Positions 50,069 through 63,815 are shown, numbered from the stretch's first letter. The stretch is DNA of 64,000 bases from Octopus sinensis (GCF_006345805.1 NC_043002.1:78430001-78494000), one strand, 5' to 3'. Notes: generated from the sequence alone by a model not told the origin. Translations and numbers: made by a program.

Positions 50069-52834
50069 TAATACTTTTTTTCCTAAATTTTCTTAAATTT
50101 GTTGGCAGTTAATTGAGATGTTTTATTTCAATTTTACTTCTGCTTTTTCATTCTTTGACATCAAAAAGCTATCTTGGGAGATGTGACGTCTGGGCCTCTG
50201 TTTAAGAGAACACTCAGAGAAGGATGGGTAGTGCACATGATCTTTTTCCGGGACTTGATGAAAGGCAAAAGTTATTCCCAGACTAGAGGAATCCACAAAA
50301 ATACCCCATAAGGCCAGTGAGTGTCCAATGGGACAACAGATTAAGTCAACAATCCAGAAAATGAACTTACTTTTCCTTTACAGCTGAACTGGAACCCTTT
50401 TATAGTATCAGAGGTGTACTACAAATACACAAGAACCCATTAAGATGTATCTTGCCTGATTAAAACAAATGAATACTTAATTCTACAAATTCATAAGCAT
50501 ACAAGCTGCAATCACACTAAGTCATTTTAATTAAGATGTTATAATCTGTTATAGATTATAGTTATGTAGCTTTATATACTGAAACACCAAAAATACCATC
50601 GGATGTAAGGTTTGAGATTTAAAAAGCTTCTGTCCTGCAAAAGACACCAAACAGCATCTGGTGGTGAGACTCCAGCTTGAGAGTTTAGAAATTTGGGGGG
50701 AAGAATGGAACTACCCTTTAGTCAGCACTACTGTCAGGTCTGCTCTGGCCTGGAATGGTAGCACCTGCCAAGCTGCCAAGGGCCCTAGTTATGAGTCAAA
50801 TAGCAAAAGATGATTCTCTGACTAAGGCATACAGGTCTCAGAAGAGGTGTAGCATCTAGACATGTGTCAGGCAAGCCCACATGGTATCTATGACTGTCTA
50901 AAAAGCTAAACTTGAAGAAACTTGAAACAGTTAGTAGTGACAATGTTAGTATAATGGTGCCTGTGCAAGGCTAAAAGATGATGTTCCATCCAATATTTTA
51001 ATAAGATATATAGACCATTCATTGCAGTCAGAAATTTGCATACATTGACTGAAAACCTCCCTAGAAACTTGGAATTTTTTTATTTGGGATACATATGTAG
51101 CTTGGTTAGACTGTCATTTCTTACATCAATGTCAGCAGTGTAACTTGGTTGAATGTCAATGTTGCTAGTGTAACTTAGTTATTTGAGAGCTAGATTATTT
51201 GGTCTGGCTGTATGCTGCTATCATATAAAACCAAGCAATGATATTTAGTTTTCAATGAATCACATTTGTATACATAATTCTATTACAAAGGTTAGAAGTA
51301 TGTTTATGTATGTATATTTGGTAAGAGGTGAGAATACATGCTGGCAAGAAGTGAGGTTTTATCTTTGTATCAGATGAAAGGCAAGAAAGTTCTGTGTTCA
51401 TAGTAGACAAAGTGATTCTTTTTTAACCCAAGGTTGAGCTGCATGGTTAACCAAGAATCATCTAATAAGCATGTGTTCATCTGTCTTCTCTCAAACCTAT
51501 CTGTTGCTTGTCCCACACATCAACAATTATAACCATATTTTGGCAGGAAATTGCATAGAAACTTCCATTCAAATCATGCAATCATATGAATGCATCTGAA
51601 ATACAACTGGCCAAAATTCAGGCCAAAATCACCTGATATATTGTGGTCTTTTTCTTGTTACTGAAATATCAGAATTTCAAATGCTAAGTACCACTATACA
51701 TACAAATAGTTTTCCAATTAATCTCTTAGACAAAGTAATTATGAAAATTTATGTCAAAATATTAATATTAATGGTTTCAAATTTTGGCATGGTGTCAGCA
51801 ATATTTTAAGAGAAGGAGATTAGTGATTGCAGTGACCCCCAGTTCTCAACTGGTTCTTATTTTATCAACCCTGAAAGGATGAAAGACAAAGTTGACCCAG
51901 GCAACACTTGAACTCAGAACTTAAAGAACCAGAAGAAATTCTGCTAAGCATTTTGTCAGACTTAGGAATGATTCTGCTAGCTTGCTCCCCTACATATTAA
52001 TAATAGCTAAAAATCCATTAAAAAATTTCTGCAAACTGTGAAACAAGACGGTTACCGAGAAAACCATCTTTAGAGAAAATTAAAGATCAGAGGATTGAAT
52101 TTCTGAAGATCAAATTGGAGTTAACATGATTAAGTGACAACTATTATCTTCTTTTTGATATGTATGAGATGTATTCTAATGAAAAAGAAGAAAAAAACAC
52201 CTGCATTTCATTTTTTTATGCATCTTCTTTTTCCATAACTGAAGGGCAAAGAATAAATAAATCATTTTAGTCAAAAAATATTGAAGAAGTTACATTATCA
52301 GGTGATCTGATTTTTAAAGTAATGGGAAATAAAGTAATACTTTCCATAAAGCTGACATTCTCAAATGTAATATTAATGAATATTTCAATCCTAAAGCAAT
52401 CTTCAGCTTCTGGTTTATCAAAGACAGAAAACTAAAAATTCAAAGAAACTAGTCTTGTTACAATAAATTAGAAAACTGTCATAATAACTTGATATCAAGA
52501 TTTTCTCTTGAATTTGTTCAAACAACTGAAGCAAAATTTTACATGAAATATAACAGTTTTGAAGAACATCTATCCTTGTTCTCAGTTAATAACATGCTAC
52601 AGCCAATAATACCAAAAACACAATCATCCTGAAAATTCGTGCATGCATGGCTGTGTAGTAAGAAGTATGCTTCCCAACTATATGTTTCTAGATTCAGTCC
52701 CACTGCATGGCATCTTAAGCAAATGTCTTCTACTCTACTACTATAGCTCCAAGCCGACCAAATTTTTGTAAGTGGATTTGGTAGATGGAAACTGAAAGAA
52801 GCCTGTTGTATATGCATGTGTGTGTGTGAGTGCG

Positions 52835-52935
<101 letters not shown>

Positions 52936-54319
52936 GCAACTACTGAACAATTAATGATGGTTTATTTCATTACCCTTAACTTAGCAGTTTGGTAAAAAGA
53001 TACTAATAGATTAAGTACCAAGCTTTTAATAAAAAAACAAAGTACTGGACCTGATTTGTTTGACTAAAATTATTGGCCACAGTTTAATGACTGAAACAAG
53101 TAAAAGATAAAAAGATATGGAGATATATTTTGAAGTAATTCCAGATGTATATATCTGAAAAGTAAATTGGCAATGTTAATCATCAGTTTGTAGGTAAACT
53201 TATAATTAATGTCACAAGATATTAATTGCAGCAAACAGAAATTTGTCTAAGGTTTATGGAGTGTTGAAAGCAATGTATAATAAATCAGTGTTCTGGTCAT
53301 TGACACACACACACACATTTTTGTGGGGAACTTTGCCAACTGAATGTTTCAAATTAAACCATTAGATATAAGAAGTGTGTAGTCTGAAAGAAATAAGATT
53401 TCAGAATAATCATATCATCATCGTCATTGTCGTTGTTTAACATCCGCTTTTCACGCTGACATGGGTTGGATGGCTTGACTGAGGACTGGCAAGCCAGGAG
53501 GCTGCACCAGGCCCCAATCTGACCTGGCAAGGCTTCTACAGCTGGATGCCCTTCCTAACGCCAGCCGCTCTGAGAGTGTAGTGGGTGTTTTTTATGTGCC
53601 ACTGGCATGGGGGTCAGTCAAATGGCACTGGTATCGACCACGCTCAAATGGTGCTTTTTACATGCCACTGGTATGGGAGCCAGTCGGGTGGCACTGCCAT
53701 CGGTCATGCTTGAATGGTGCTTTTACATTCCACTGGCACAGGAGCCAGTCAGACAGCACTGGCATTGTCCTCACTCGTATGGTGCTTCTTATGTGCCAAC
53801 GACACATATATTGATATATCTTTTATCTTTCACTTGTTTCAGTCATTAGACGGTGGCAATGCTGGGGCACCGTCTTGAAGAATTTTTATCAACTGAATCA
53901 AACCTAGTTAGCTTTTTTTTTTAAGCTAGGTGCTAATTTTATTGGTCTCTGCTGAACTGCTTAGTTAAGGGGATGCAAACACACCAACACCGGTTGTTAA
54001 GCAGTGGTGGGATATAAACACAGACACAAAGAGACACACACATACATATATGTCTAATAGCAAGTTGAGAGGGTAATTAAATTAAACTTCTAAATAAATT
54101 GACCTTAATCTAAGGATTACAGAAGAATTTGGAAATGAAATTAATGATATCCTTAAATTTAGATAAATTTAATTTAATTATAAAATTAGCAAATTAAATA
54201 ATAGACTCATAGCTCATTACTAACAATATCAACAATAATAATAAGAGTAGTAGATGTAGCAATACTAGGGTGAGGAATGATAATAACAGTAAAAAACATA
54301 TGGGTTGGGCCAGAATTCA

Positions 54320-56640
54320 TGACTTACTTATTAGCTATATTTCTTGATATGCTTGTTGAAGTCCAAACATTGTAGCATCAGAACCCTTGTTCACATACTT
54401 ACAAACATACTTTATGGACTTAACGGAGTTGCAAAACTCAACGTTGATGTGGGCATGGAAAGTCTTTGACAGGATTGGGCAGTAGGGAACAATCCAGCTA
54501 CTGCTGTCCAATAGTTGCTGTGAAACCACCGTCTTCTGGTTTTCTCCATCTGCATGATGGATACCAATCAGCACTTGTAGAAACCTCCTTGCAAACCTTT
54601 TCAAACATACGCTGTCTTTCAAGCATGGTGAGTTTATGCTGAATCTATGCCCACATGGACCATGCACCATGTTTTCCCTAACTATTTCGTATAGTACTTT
54701 ATGCAAAGCTGGATCAGAAAGCTCTGCAGAGATTATCTTGTCGATGTCAGTGGATTTTATCTTCGTTGACAGCCAAAGCAGGATATGAGCATGTGGAAGG
54801 CCCCTTTTTATTCAATTGTGTACATGTCACATTGTATGGGTCTGAAGACTTGCCTTTTTTTTATGAGCTCCATGCAAGTGATTAACTTCAGATGGAAAAC
54901 TCAGGCGGGGAAGTCATGCCTTTCTTTCCACTTGGGATTGCATGTGAAAGTTATGAACAGGTCAGGCCTGCCGTAATGGTGGACAAAGATCATTGCATCC
55001 TGTGTTCTTGCATGCATGTATTGGGGACTTCCAGTGAATGTGGAGGACAAGATGCAAACTCTTCCTATGCTTGTTGAAGCAGCAATATTTTTGATGACAT
55101 CTCAGAGATGGATGTAGCTGTCAGAGCACAATTTTTTTTTTATGTGACCTGATGAAACACAATCTCTCTGATTCCATTTTTGTGCACATATCAACTGCAA
55201 ATCAACGAAACAGCTCTTGAGACTGATGGAGGTGATTACAGCAGTTGTTTTGGGTCATAAATCGATATGAGTAGAAGTCCATGCAGAATACTGGCTTGTT
55301 GAGATGTTTATTAAGATTTTTGGGATCTTGCTGTGGTATACTGATGTGGTAGCTGTCCTCACCGTTAACAATCAGAAGTGGATATTGAAGTGTATCATAG
55401 GATCGGTGCATTTCACTAATTTGTTGGTGGGTGGTGTCATGTCACCTAAGGACAATGTCTCAGGGATTGTGCTGTTCACCGTGAAGGAGTACAGCCATTT
55501 CATTGCATGTGGGTGCATTGTAATGGCCTGCATGTTCCCTAGATGATCTTTTCTGAGCATTAATGACAACATTAAGATTTGATGGAGCTTCTGTTTCCAA
55601 GGCATACCTGAAACTGCATACATAGCTGTTTTTCTGGTGCAAAAGGTTTTGAAGTTGCATTATCAGGTGAAATTTAGTGCCAGTGGAAATGGAGTTTCAT
55701 TGGGTGGCTTGTTCATGTAAATTGCCTACTAAGTACAGTTGAAAGATTTGAGGATCTTGATTTACAGCAGATTCAGGCGATCCTATCCTATGGTAAATCT
55801 GTCCCTGCACTTTGAAAGTAGACATAAACCCGCCTTCTTGAACAAGATTAGCACCGAAAGCTGTCATTTGAAATGCACAATTGTACTTTCGGATGTTATG
55901 GAGGAAATGCTTTGACTCTGTAGCTGTGCCAGTGTAGAGTGACTTCAACAGCTGTGGTAGATCCTGCAGTGGAGTGGGGTTATCTTTTCCATTAGCACAA
56001 CACATACTGTTGACCACTTCTTAGCATTGCAGAAAGAGCAAGTGATGGACATATCTCCAATGTTCTTATCTGGGGGGCAATCATAATGAAGCTTAGGATT
56101 GTAGTCGAAAGCCTTTAATGACCATCGTGAGCTGCATGGCGTTGAAAATCTTTGTCTATTAGCTCCTTGTGAACAGAAGTCTGCAGCATAGTAGATCTCT
56201 GTTGTAAAGTGTGGGAAGCTCACACAGCAGCCATGTTGGCAGCATTCCTGACCAGGTATGTATGTAGTGCATTTGTTTTTGTTCTCTGCAGCTCGTACAG
56301 CAGTAGCTGATGCAGCATTAGCAGTTTGTTGATGTTTACACTGGTGTTCGTTGTGCAGCATCAGCAGTTCATCGAACTTTACACTGGTGTTCAATCTCTG
56401 TAGCTCATGCAGCAGCAGTTGATGCAGGATCAACAGTTAGTCGAACTGTACACTGGTCATCTGTTTGGAGTGCTCCTGAAGTGGCTGTACGTTCAGCATT
56501 TTGTGATCATCTAATGTCAGTTTCCACTAACGATTCATTTGCTTTTCATGCTGATGATCTTGCAGCTTTTGCAGTTTTTGGTCCAGTTTTTCACGGTTTT
56601 TCGGGGAATGATCTAAAATAAGCATGATGAAATGCAGTGA
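54320..56640 (-). mobile_element. Degenerate Helitron RepHel fragment (N-terminal region and HUH Rep domain, no helicase)
   Basis: Frameshifted minus-strand peptides: FLHNIRKYNCAFQMTAFGA, FKVQGQIYHRIGS, YNAPTCNEMA, YDTLQYPLL, PDLFITFTCNPKW (motif 1), KRGLPHAHILLWL (HUH), MVHGPCG, SIKYVCKYVNKG (motif 3). Confidence 0.92.
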
Positions 56641-57513
56641 GATACACTGTTAAGTATTAAATATTAATTGAAGGGTTAGTATGTAAGTGTAGATAAGTTG
56701 CAAACTTGCAGCTGCTGCGGTAATAATGAACTAGTAGTAGAAAGGTAAATGTGGAAAATAAGATGATGTTAGTGTTATGACATTAAAATGAAAATGGAAA
56801 CAGTTGTGAAAGGTAAGGTGAGAGAAATGGTAAGAGCAACAGAAAAAGTGGTTGTGAATTGCATTGGGAATGTTGTCGTTTGTGTGGACATGAATTCTGG
56901 GCGTTGTTTGTCAATGCATGGCTGCTCTGTTGTATAGATTGGATAGGGAAAGGGTTAATGAAAGAGCAATTGGATGAATTGCTTAGCTTTGTTTAGTGGT
57001 GCTCGTGGGGCAGAAGCTGCCGTTGATGCTGCATGTGAGAGTAGGAATGGTTATAGGTAAATTGGTAGGTCTGCAGGCCCGCATTAAGAAAGAAGCAAAA
57101 AACATTGGTAAATTTTAATGCATGGTAGCAGTGAAATGTTTCATATTTGCTTAGTGAAATGCATGCTGTTGCATTTATGGAAATTGATGCAATTTACAAA
57201 TGAAAAAGGTTATGTACCAAATTCAATAAAATGAATGAATGTGCTTTAGCTGATCATTATTGCTTTGATAGAGCAACATTGTGAAATAGAAGATGAGAGA
57301 AATGGTAAGAGGAAAGGAGACAGTGATTATGAATTGCCATTCCCAATGTTGTTTGCCAGGACATGAATTTTGTTGTATTTATAAGAAAGCAGACAGCTAG
57401 AAGGATAAAGAAAGATATCAAGATGATGCCAAAACATACCTTCAACAACTTCATCACCACCAGAATGCTACTGGCATAAATAAACGCCACAGGTGAGAGA
57501 TGAGCATTGGCAA

Positions 57514-58330
57514 CCTACCCGACCCTTCTTGAAACATAGACCGAGGAGTCCCAGTCGACTGCAAGTCGTTGGAGCCTTTCACTTCGCGAACTCCGACAGC
57601 ACAGCGAAAGCGAGAATGTGATACATCGTTGCTCGAGTTGCCAGCGCCTGTGCCTCCAGGAGCTGTTGTTGAGGTGCGTGCAGCACCTCAAAGCATTGCT
57701 CCTGGGTCCGGTCTGCATGTTTGCACCCCTGTTTCACTGCTAGGTGTAACACACGGTCAGGGACCCGAAAAATGGCGATCCATGTCCAGTCAGTACGAAG
57801 CCAGAGGAAACTCTGGTGGAAGTCCAAAGCGCCTCTGATGTGCAAATCGATCATCGGAACCAGGTGTAGGGGTGAAAGACCAATCAAGCCATCTAGTAGC
57901 TGGTTCCCTCCAAAGTTTCCCTCAGAATAGCTGGTGCCAGCATGAGAACGACATGCAATTCCGTCTGATAAAGTGAATGACTGGAGGCCCCGGGGATGTT
58001 GACTGCTTCGATCTACTCATGAACTTGGAATGGGCAAAATGGGCTGCTCCTCTCCTGATCAGAGGCGGCTGTATATCACAATGATTGTGATGTGACGAAT
58101 GCATGGTGCCAAGTGGGCCACTTTTGGTAAGTCGAACTGATGTGGGTTGAACCGAATGTCCGGCTAAGGTGCCCTACTCTTTGCCATTAGATCCCTGAAA
58201 AGGGTGTCGGTCGATATAGACAGCAGGGTGGTGACCACGGAAGTTGGAATCCAGTCAGGAGTGTGTAACAACTTACCTGCCAAATTGACCAGCATCAAAA
58301 ACAGATAGCGCTGGAGCGAGCGACTGATGC
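57514..58330 (+). pseudogene. Decayed 28S rRNA fragment
   Basis: Recognisable 28S cores in order: ACCCGACCC(T)TCTTGAAACA, GAAGCCAGAGGAAACTCTGGTGGA, CCATCTAGTAGCTGGTTCCCTCC, GTGGGCCACTTTTGGTAAG, GATATAGACAGCAGG, GGAGTGTGTAACAAC. Many CpG-type and other substitutions; no 18S or 5.8S flank. Confidence 0.92.
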
Positions 58331-58679
58331 TGGTGAAAAGTAACAACCACATACAATCACTAAACATCTCCACTACTTAACACTGTCCAAGTTAACCCTC
58401 TTCACCTTTACAGCTGACATGGAAAACTACAAGGAAAAGGCCCCCATTTTAATTAAGCAAAAAAGAAAAAAAATTATTGCTATTAAAATGTCTAAAAGTT
58501 GGGGGTTAATAATCTTTATCTTTAGTTAGAGTTTATCATTCAATCTACATAATAGGCAGAATTGTTGGATTAAGACAGAATGGTGTTTTGAGGGAGATTT
58601 GGCTGCTTTTTCTACAAGGTCTAGCTACATTTTTTTATTCGTTTACTACATATTGTTGTACAGCTTTGGGCGGGTCAAA

Positions 58680-59200
58680 CATTAGAGTTTAAAGGGCATG
58701 GTCTGACGATATGAATTTTCCGAGTCCTCTCCCCGACCCCCGTTCGCGAGCGCGCTTCTTTTTCATATTCGTTTACAGCAAGTTGTTTTACATCAATAAC
58801 ACTATTTTTCTTTTCTTTTCTTTTTTTTTGCTGTGGTGAGACAACTCGGAACATTCAAGATGTAAACTTTCCGAGTCCTCTCTCCCCCCTTTCGCAAGCG
58901 CGCATTCTCTTTTTTCACATTCGTTTACAGCAACTTATTTTACACCTATTACACTATTAAAAAATTTTTTTCGCTCGGGTAAACACTAGTTTAAAGGTCA
59001 TGGTCTGACGATGTGAATTTTCCGAGTCCTCTCCCCCACCCCCCGTTCGCGAGCGCACATTTTTCTTCATATTCGTTTACGTGTTATACACCTATTACAC
59101 TATTTTTTCTTTTTTTTTGCTCGTTTATTTTTGACCGTTTATTTTACATTGTTTGGGATTTTTTATACTTTTGTGTAACGCGTAATAGTTTTGAATGTAA
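58680..59200. repeat. Three CpG-rich tandem copies of a ~151-bp unit
   Basis: TTTCCGAGTCCTCTCCCC...TTCGC(G/A)AGCGC...ATTCGTTTAC recurs at about 58716, 58868, 59019. Confidence 0.8.
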
Positions 59201-59583
59201 ATAATTTTATAAAAACAGCCAAAAGACCCACTCAAACATAAATAAAACAAGCTCCTCACTTCAAATTAAACATTCATCCACATAACATACAATTCAAATA
59301 AATCAACTTTTATCATTGTTAAAGTTTCTTTTCTAGCGTAACTTATCCCGCTCATCCTTGTTATTTGGAACATTTGTTTAGCAATCACCGGTTAGAAGTT
59401 CTCGGTTCAACGCTGGTTTTTATAAGTCAGAAATTTTGAAAATGACTGAAATTTAACATTTTTAAATATAATTTTATTGAGAAACGATATTTTCTATCTT
59501 TATCTAGAAAATTTAAGCGTGAAAAATAGAAACTATTTTATCCAATGGAAAAATTGTATTACGCAGACTACGCTGTTGATAAA

Positions 59584-60560
59584 ATGGCAGTCCAAGCAGA
59601 AGATGGCATCGTGTAAGTGTATCTTAGTTGCTTCCTATTCTGTCTTGACCAGGAGCAATGAAATACATTTTTCTCTATTACAAGTAGATCTTTTTCGCGT
59701 TTGAATTATTATCTGGAAACCCAAACTGTATCTTCTATAGCTGGTGTGATTCGAGTCCTGTTCAGAATGTTTAGTTTCAAAAGCGAACATGCGTATCCTA
59801 TGTTCAAACAGTTGTAATTTTATTTTCCTTGTGTTTTGTTCTGCTTATAGTTTATTTTTAACCTTACGAGTCAATATTCAACAATGGTATTTCATATTGA
59901 AAGATTTGAAAATCATATACTTGCGGATCAAGGTCCGTTATAATTTAACCGTTTTAAGGAAGAAACGGTGAATTTTAGTTCAAAATATATTTTGTTTAGA
60001 TTTCTGCGCTAGCCATATAATATAAACGTTTATAGTTTAAGGAAAACGAAATATTCAGATGTAGAGACTAAAATACGCGTGAGAATAAATAACGTCTAAA
60101 AATCAAACAAGTTCTAATCTCTTATAATCGTAGGTATTCGAAATTGCTTCACCACTCGTTGAAAATACTTTCGTTCTGTCTGAATATTGCGGCAAGACTA
60201 TCTTCCTTTCTGTTTTAACACTATGATATATATATATACATAATTATTTTAAATTTATAATTAAAGCAACCTTTAATATCATTTATATATGAAGATTTGA
60301 AGCGGCCTTTAGTAACATTCTGTTGGAATTATTTCATAGTTTGTTTACAAATTATGCATTTATAATTTTACTTAACATAAAAAATAAATATGGATCTTGG
60401 TTCTTAGTCTCTTTGGACGATTGTTTGTTCAATATATCTACACATGAATGAGGCAGTCTTCTTTCCGAATGATCCTTGATTACAAGGGTAGAGAGTAAAT
60501 CATATAGGATTTCTTTTGTACAGATTTCAACTTTCGGATGAAGGTGCATGTGTGTTCAGG
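59584..60560 (+). CDS. Possible first two exons of an unidentified gene (MAVQAEDGIV-FQLSDEGACVFR)
   Basis: AAAATGG start with GTAAGT donor (59584-59612) in a CpG-retaining region; phase-compatible exon 60524-60560 with TTTTGTACAG/GTAATG sites; no recognised homology. Confidence 0.3.
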
Positions 60561-62019
60561 GTAATGTATTTGCAAAATCGGCGTTGATTAAAATGCTTGG
60601 TGGCATTTGTTCTGGCTTTTTATGTTCTGAGTTCAACTTCTGCCCAAATCAACTTTGCCTTTCATCCTTCTGGGCTTGATAAATAAAATACTAGCCATGT
60701 ACTAAAGACGATATAATCGACTGTTCTCTTACCTAAGTGTCTAGTTTTATGTCTACGTTATAAACAGTTAATTAGTTAAAAGCTTAGTTTCCTGATTCAA
60801 CAAAATATTTGAAGGATAAAACTCAAATGAATAGAATAATACAAAAGTTTTTGGTTGCAATAGAATTTTTGAATGGTTTTTGTTGGGTTTATTTAGCATC
60901 TGAATTAAGTCTACTGTCCCATTTTAGTATATTTTGGCTACTACCGTTTCTATTCCATATATGATTTTTATTACCCATCAAACTCTAGTTTATATCCTTA
61001 GTCATTCCATGTGTCGAAATCAAACGCTAAGATAAGTGTAATTTTATTTTGACTGGAACTTTGAGTTCCTTTTTAAAAGGGACATTGGAATCTAACTTTG
61101 ATTTGATGTCTTTCTGAAATAGTTTCGAAGAAGCCCTGAATATGGTGCTGTTGGTTCTGCCTTTTTGACAGTTTGCTCTGTTGTTTTCACTCCCAGCATC
61201 AGCTACAGTCTTTCTCAAAGAGAAATGGTTTAACATTCTGTATAAAATTTCTATGATGCTGAATGATTGTGGCACTAGCATTACCTCTGCAGTGTATCAA
61301 AGACAAACTGGATACAGCCAAATTGATAAAACATTTGGGGTTTAGAGAACTGTAGGATTTGTATAAATATCTTATGGCATAGATGTTATCATGAATGAAC
61401 CAACATTATATGGTGAAGCTAGCCAATATATCTGTATAAAATAATAGAGATTTAGATTGCAGTTACAGAAGATCTTTAATAAACGTATCAGCAGTCTGAA
61501 AATAAATTACAATTACCGTTTTAGTAAATTAACTCTAATTTGGAGAATATTGAAAGAAGGAGTTATGTTATAAAAATACATATGAACACTGCCAGCTCTT
61601 GTCAGCATGAAAAAACAGATGTTAAATATGATATATATCTATATATACATATAAATATAGTTCATTTCACACATATGAGCTATACTGTATATGTACATAT
61701 GATAACTTAGACAATACATATATTCGAAATAAAATGATGCAATGTATTTTATATTATGCTTAATCTCTATATATTTAAATTTCTAATAAATATTAAGAAC
61801 TATAACTGCCTCAAATAGCAAGGCTATATATATATATATATATATATCATCATCATCATCATCATCATTTAACGTCCGCTTTCCATGCTAGCATGGGTTG
61901 GACGGTTCAACTGGGGTCTGGGGAGCCCGAAAGCTGCACCAGTCCAGTCAGATCTGGCAGTGTTTCTACAGCTGGATGCCCTTCCTAACGCCAACCACTC
62001 CGAGAGTGTAGTGGGTGAT

Positions 62020-63815
62020 TTTATGTGCCACCGACACAGGTGCCAGACGAGGCTGGCAAACGGCCACGCTCGGATGGTGTTTTTATGTGCCACCGACACA
62101 GGTGCCAGACGAGGCTGGCAGACGGCCACGCTCGGATGGTGTTTTTATGTGCCACCGACACAGGTGCCAGATGAGGCTGGCAAACGGCCACGATCGGATG
62201 GTGCTTGTTACGTGCCCACAGCACGGAGGCCAGTCGATGCGGTACTGGCTACGGCCATGTTCGGATGGTTTTCTTGTGTGCCACGTGCCACCGGCACTGG
62301 TACCACAAGGATACAAATTCCATTGATGTTCATCTATTTTGATTTGTTTTGATTTTCACTTGCCTCAACAGGTCTTCACAAGTGTCACAAGAAGGAAGGT
62401 ATGCACAGGTGGACTGACTACGTCCCTGGTAGGGGCCATGGGTTATGGCCTGACTAGTCTTGCCAGGTCTTCGGATGGTGTTTTTATGTGCCACCGACAC
62501 AGGTGCTAGATGAGGCTGGCGAACGGCCACGATCGGATGGTGTTTGTCATGTGCCCACCGCACTGACGGATTTCTTGTGTGCCACAGGCACTGGTACCAC
62601 AAGATACAAATTCCATTGATGTTCATCTATTTTGTCTATTTTGATTTGATTTGATTGATTTGATTTTGATTTTCACTTGCCTCAACCGATCTTCACAAGT
62701 GTCACAAGAAGGAAGGTATGCACAGGTGGACTGACTAGTCTTGCCGGGTCTTCGGAAGGTGTTTTTTATGTGCCACCGACACAGGTGCCAGATGAGGCTG
62801 GCGAACGGCCATGATCGGATGGTGTTTGTTACGTGCCCACAGCACGGAGGCCGGTCGATGCGGAACTGGCTACGGCCACGTTCGGATGGTTCTCTTGTGT
62901 GCCACCGGCACTGGTACCACAGAGTGTGTGCCACCGGCACTGGTACCACATAGATACAGATTCCATTGATGTTCATCTATTTTGATTTGTTTTGATTTTG
63001 ATTTTCTCTTGCCTCAACAGGTCTTCACAAGTGTCACAAGAAGGAAGGTATGCACAGGTGGACTGACTACGTCCCAGGTAGGGGCCATGGGTTATGGCCC
63101 GACTAGTCTTGCCGGGTCTTCGGATGGTGTTTTTATGTGCCACCGACACAGGTGCTAGATGAGGCTGGCGAACGGCCACGATCGGATGGTGTTTGTCATG
63201 TGCCCACAGCACGGAGGCCATCGATGCGGTACTGGCTACGGCCACTTTCGGATGGTTTTCTCTTGTGTGCCACCGGCACTGGTACCACAAGATACAAATT
63301 CCATTGATGTTCATCTATTTTGATTTGTTTTGATTTTGATTTGATTTTGATTTTCACTTGCCTCAACAGGCCTTCACAAGTATCACAAGGAGGAAGGTAT
63401 GCACAGGTGGACTGACTACATCCCAGGTAGGGGCCATGGTTTATGGCCTGACTAGTCTTGCCGGGTCTTCGGATGGTGTTTTTATGTGCCACCGACACAG
63501 GTGCTAGATGAGGCTGGCGAACGGCCACGACCGGATGGTGTTTGTTACGTGCCCCAGCACGATGGCCAGTGATGCGGAACTGGCTACGGCCATGTTCGGA
63601 TGGATTCTTGTGTGCCACCGGCACTGGTACCACAAGCGGTACTGACTACTTTTTATGTGCCACCGACACAGGTGCTAGATGAGGCTGGCGAACGGCCACG
63701 ACCGATGGTGTTTGTTATGTGCCCACAGCACGATGGCCAGTGATGCGGTACTGACTACGGCCACGTTCGGATGGATTCTTGTGTGCCACCGGCACTGGTA
63801 CCACAAGCGGTACTG
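62020..63815 (-). repeat. Higher-order tandem array derived from an RTE LINE 3'UTR
   Basis: 62-bp subunit (starts 62023, 62085, 62147) inside higher-order units starting 62310, 62603, 62953, 63291; continuous with an RTE tail at 61850-62020. Confidence 0.85.

Noticed and set aside
52021-52127. Protein-like plus-strand reading KISANCETRRLPRKPSLEKIKDQRIEFLKIKLELT
   Set aside because: Bounded by stops with no start codon or usable acceptor
54320-56640. Active autonomous Helitron or domesticated Rep gene
   Set aside because: Numerous frameshifts and stops; truncated before the PIF1 helicase
57514-58330. Functional 28S rRNA gene, or the ORFs 57515-57930
   Set aside because: Fragment only, with substitutions in universally conserved positions; the ORFs are shadows of GC-rich rRNA sequence
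61990-63815. CRISPR-like appearance of regularly spaced palindromic repeats
   Set aside because: Intervening sequences are themselves repeated rather than unique spacers, there are no cas genes, and the array is continuous with a eukaryotic RTE tail
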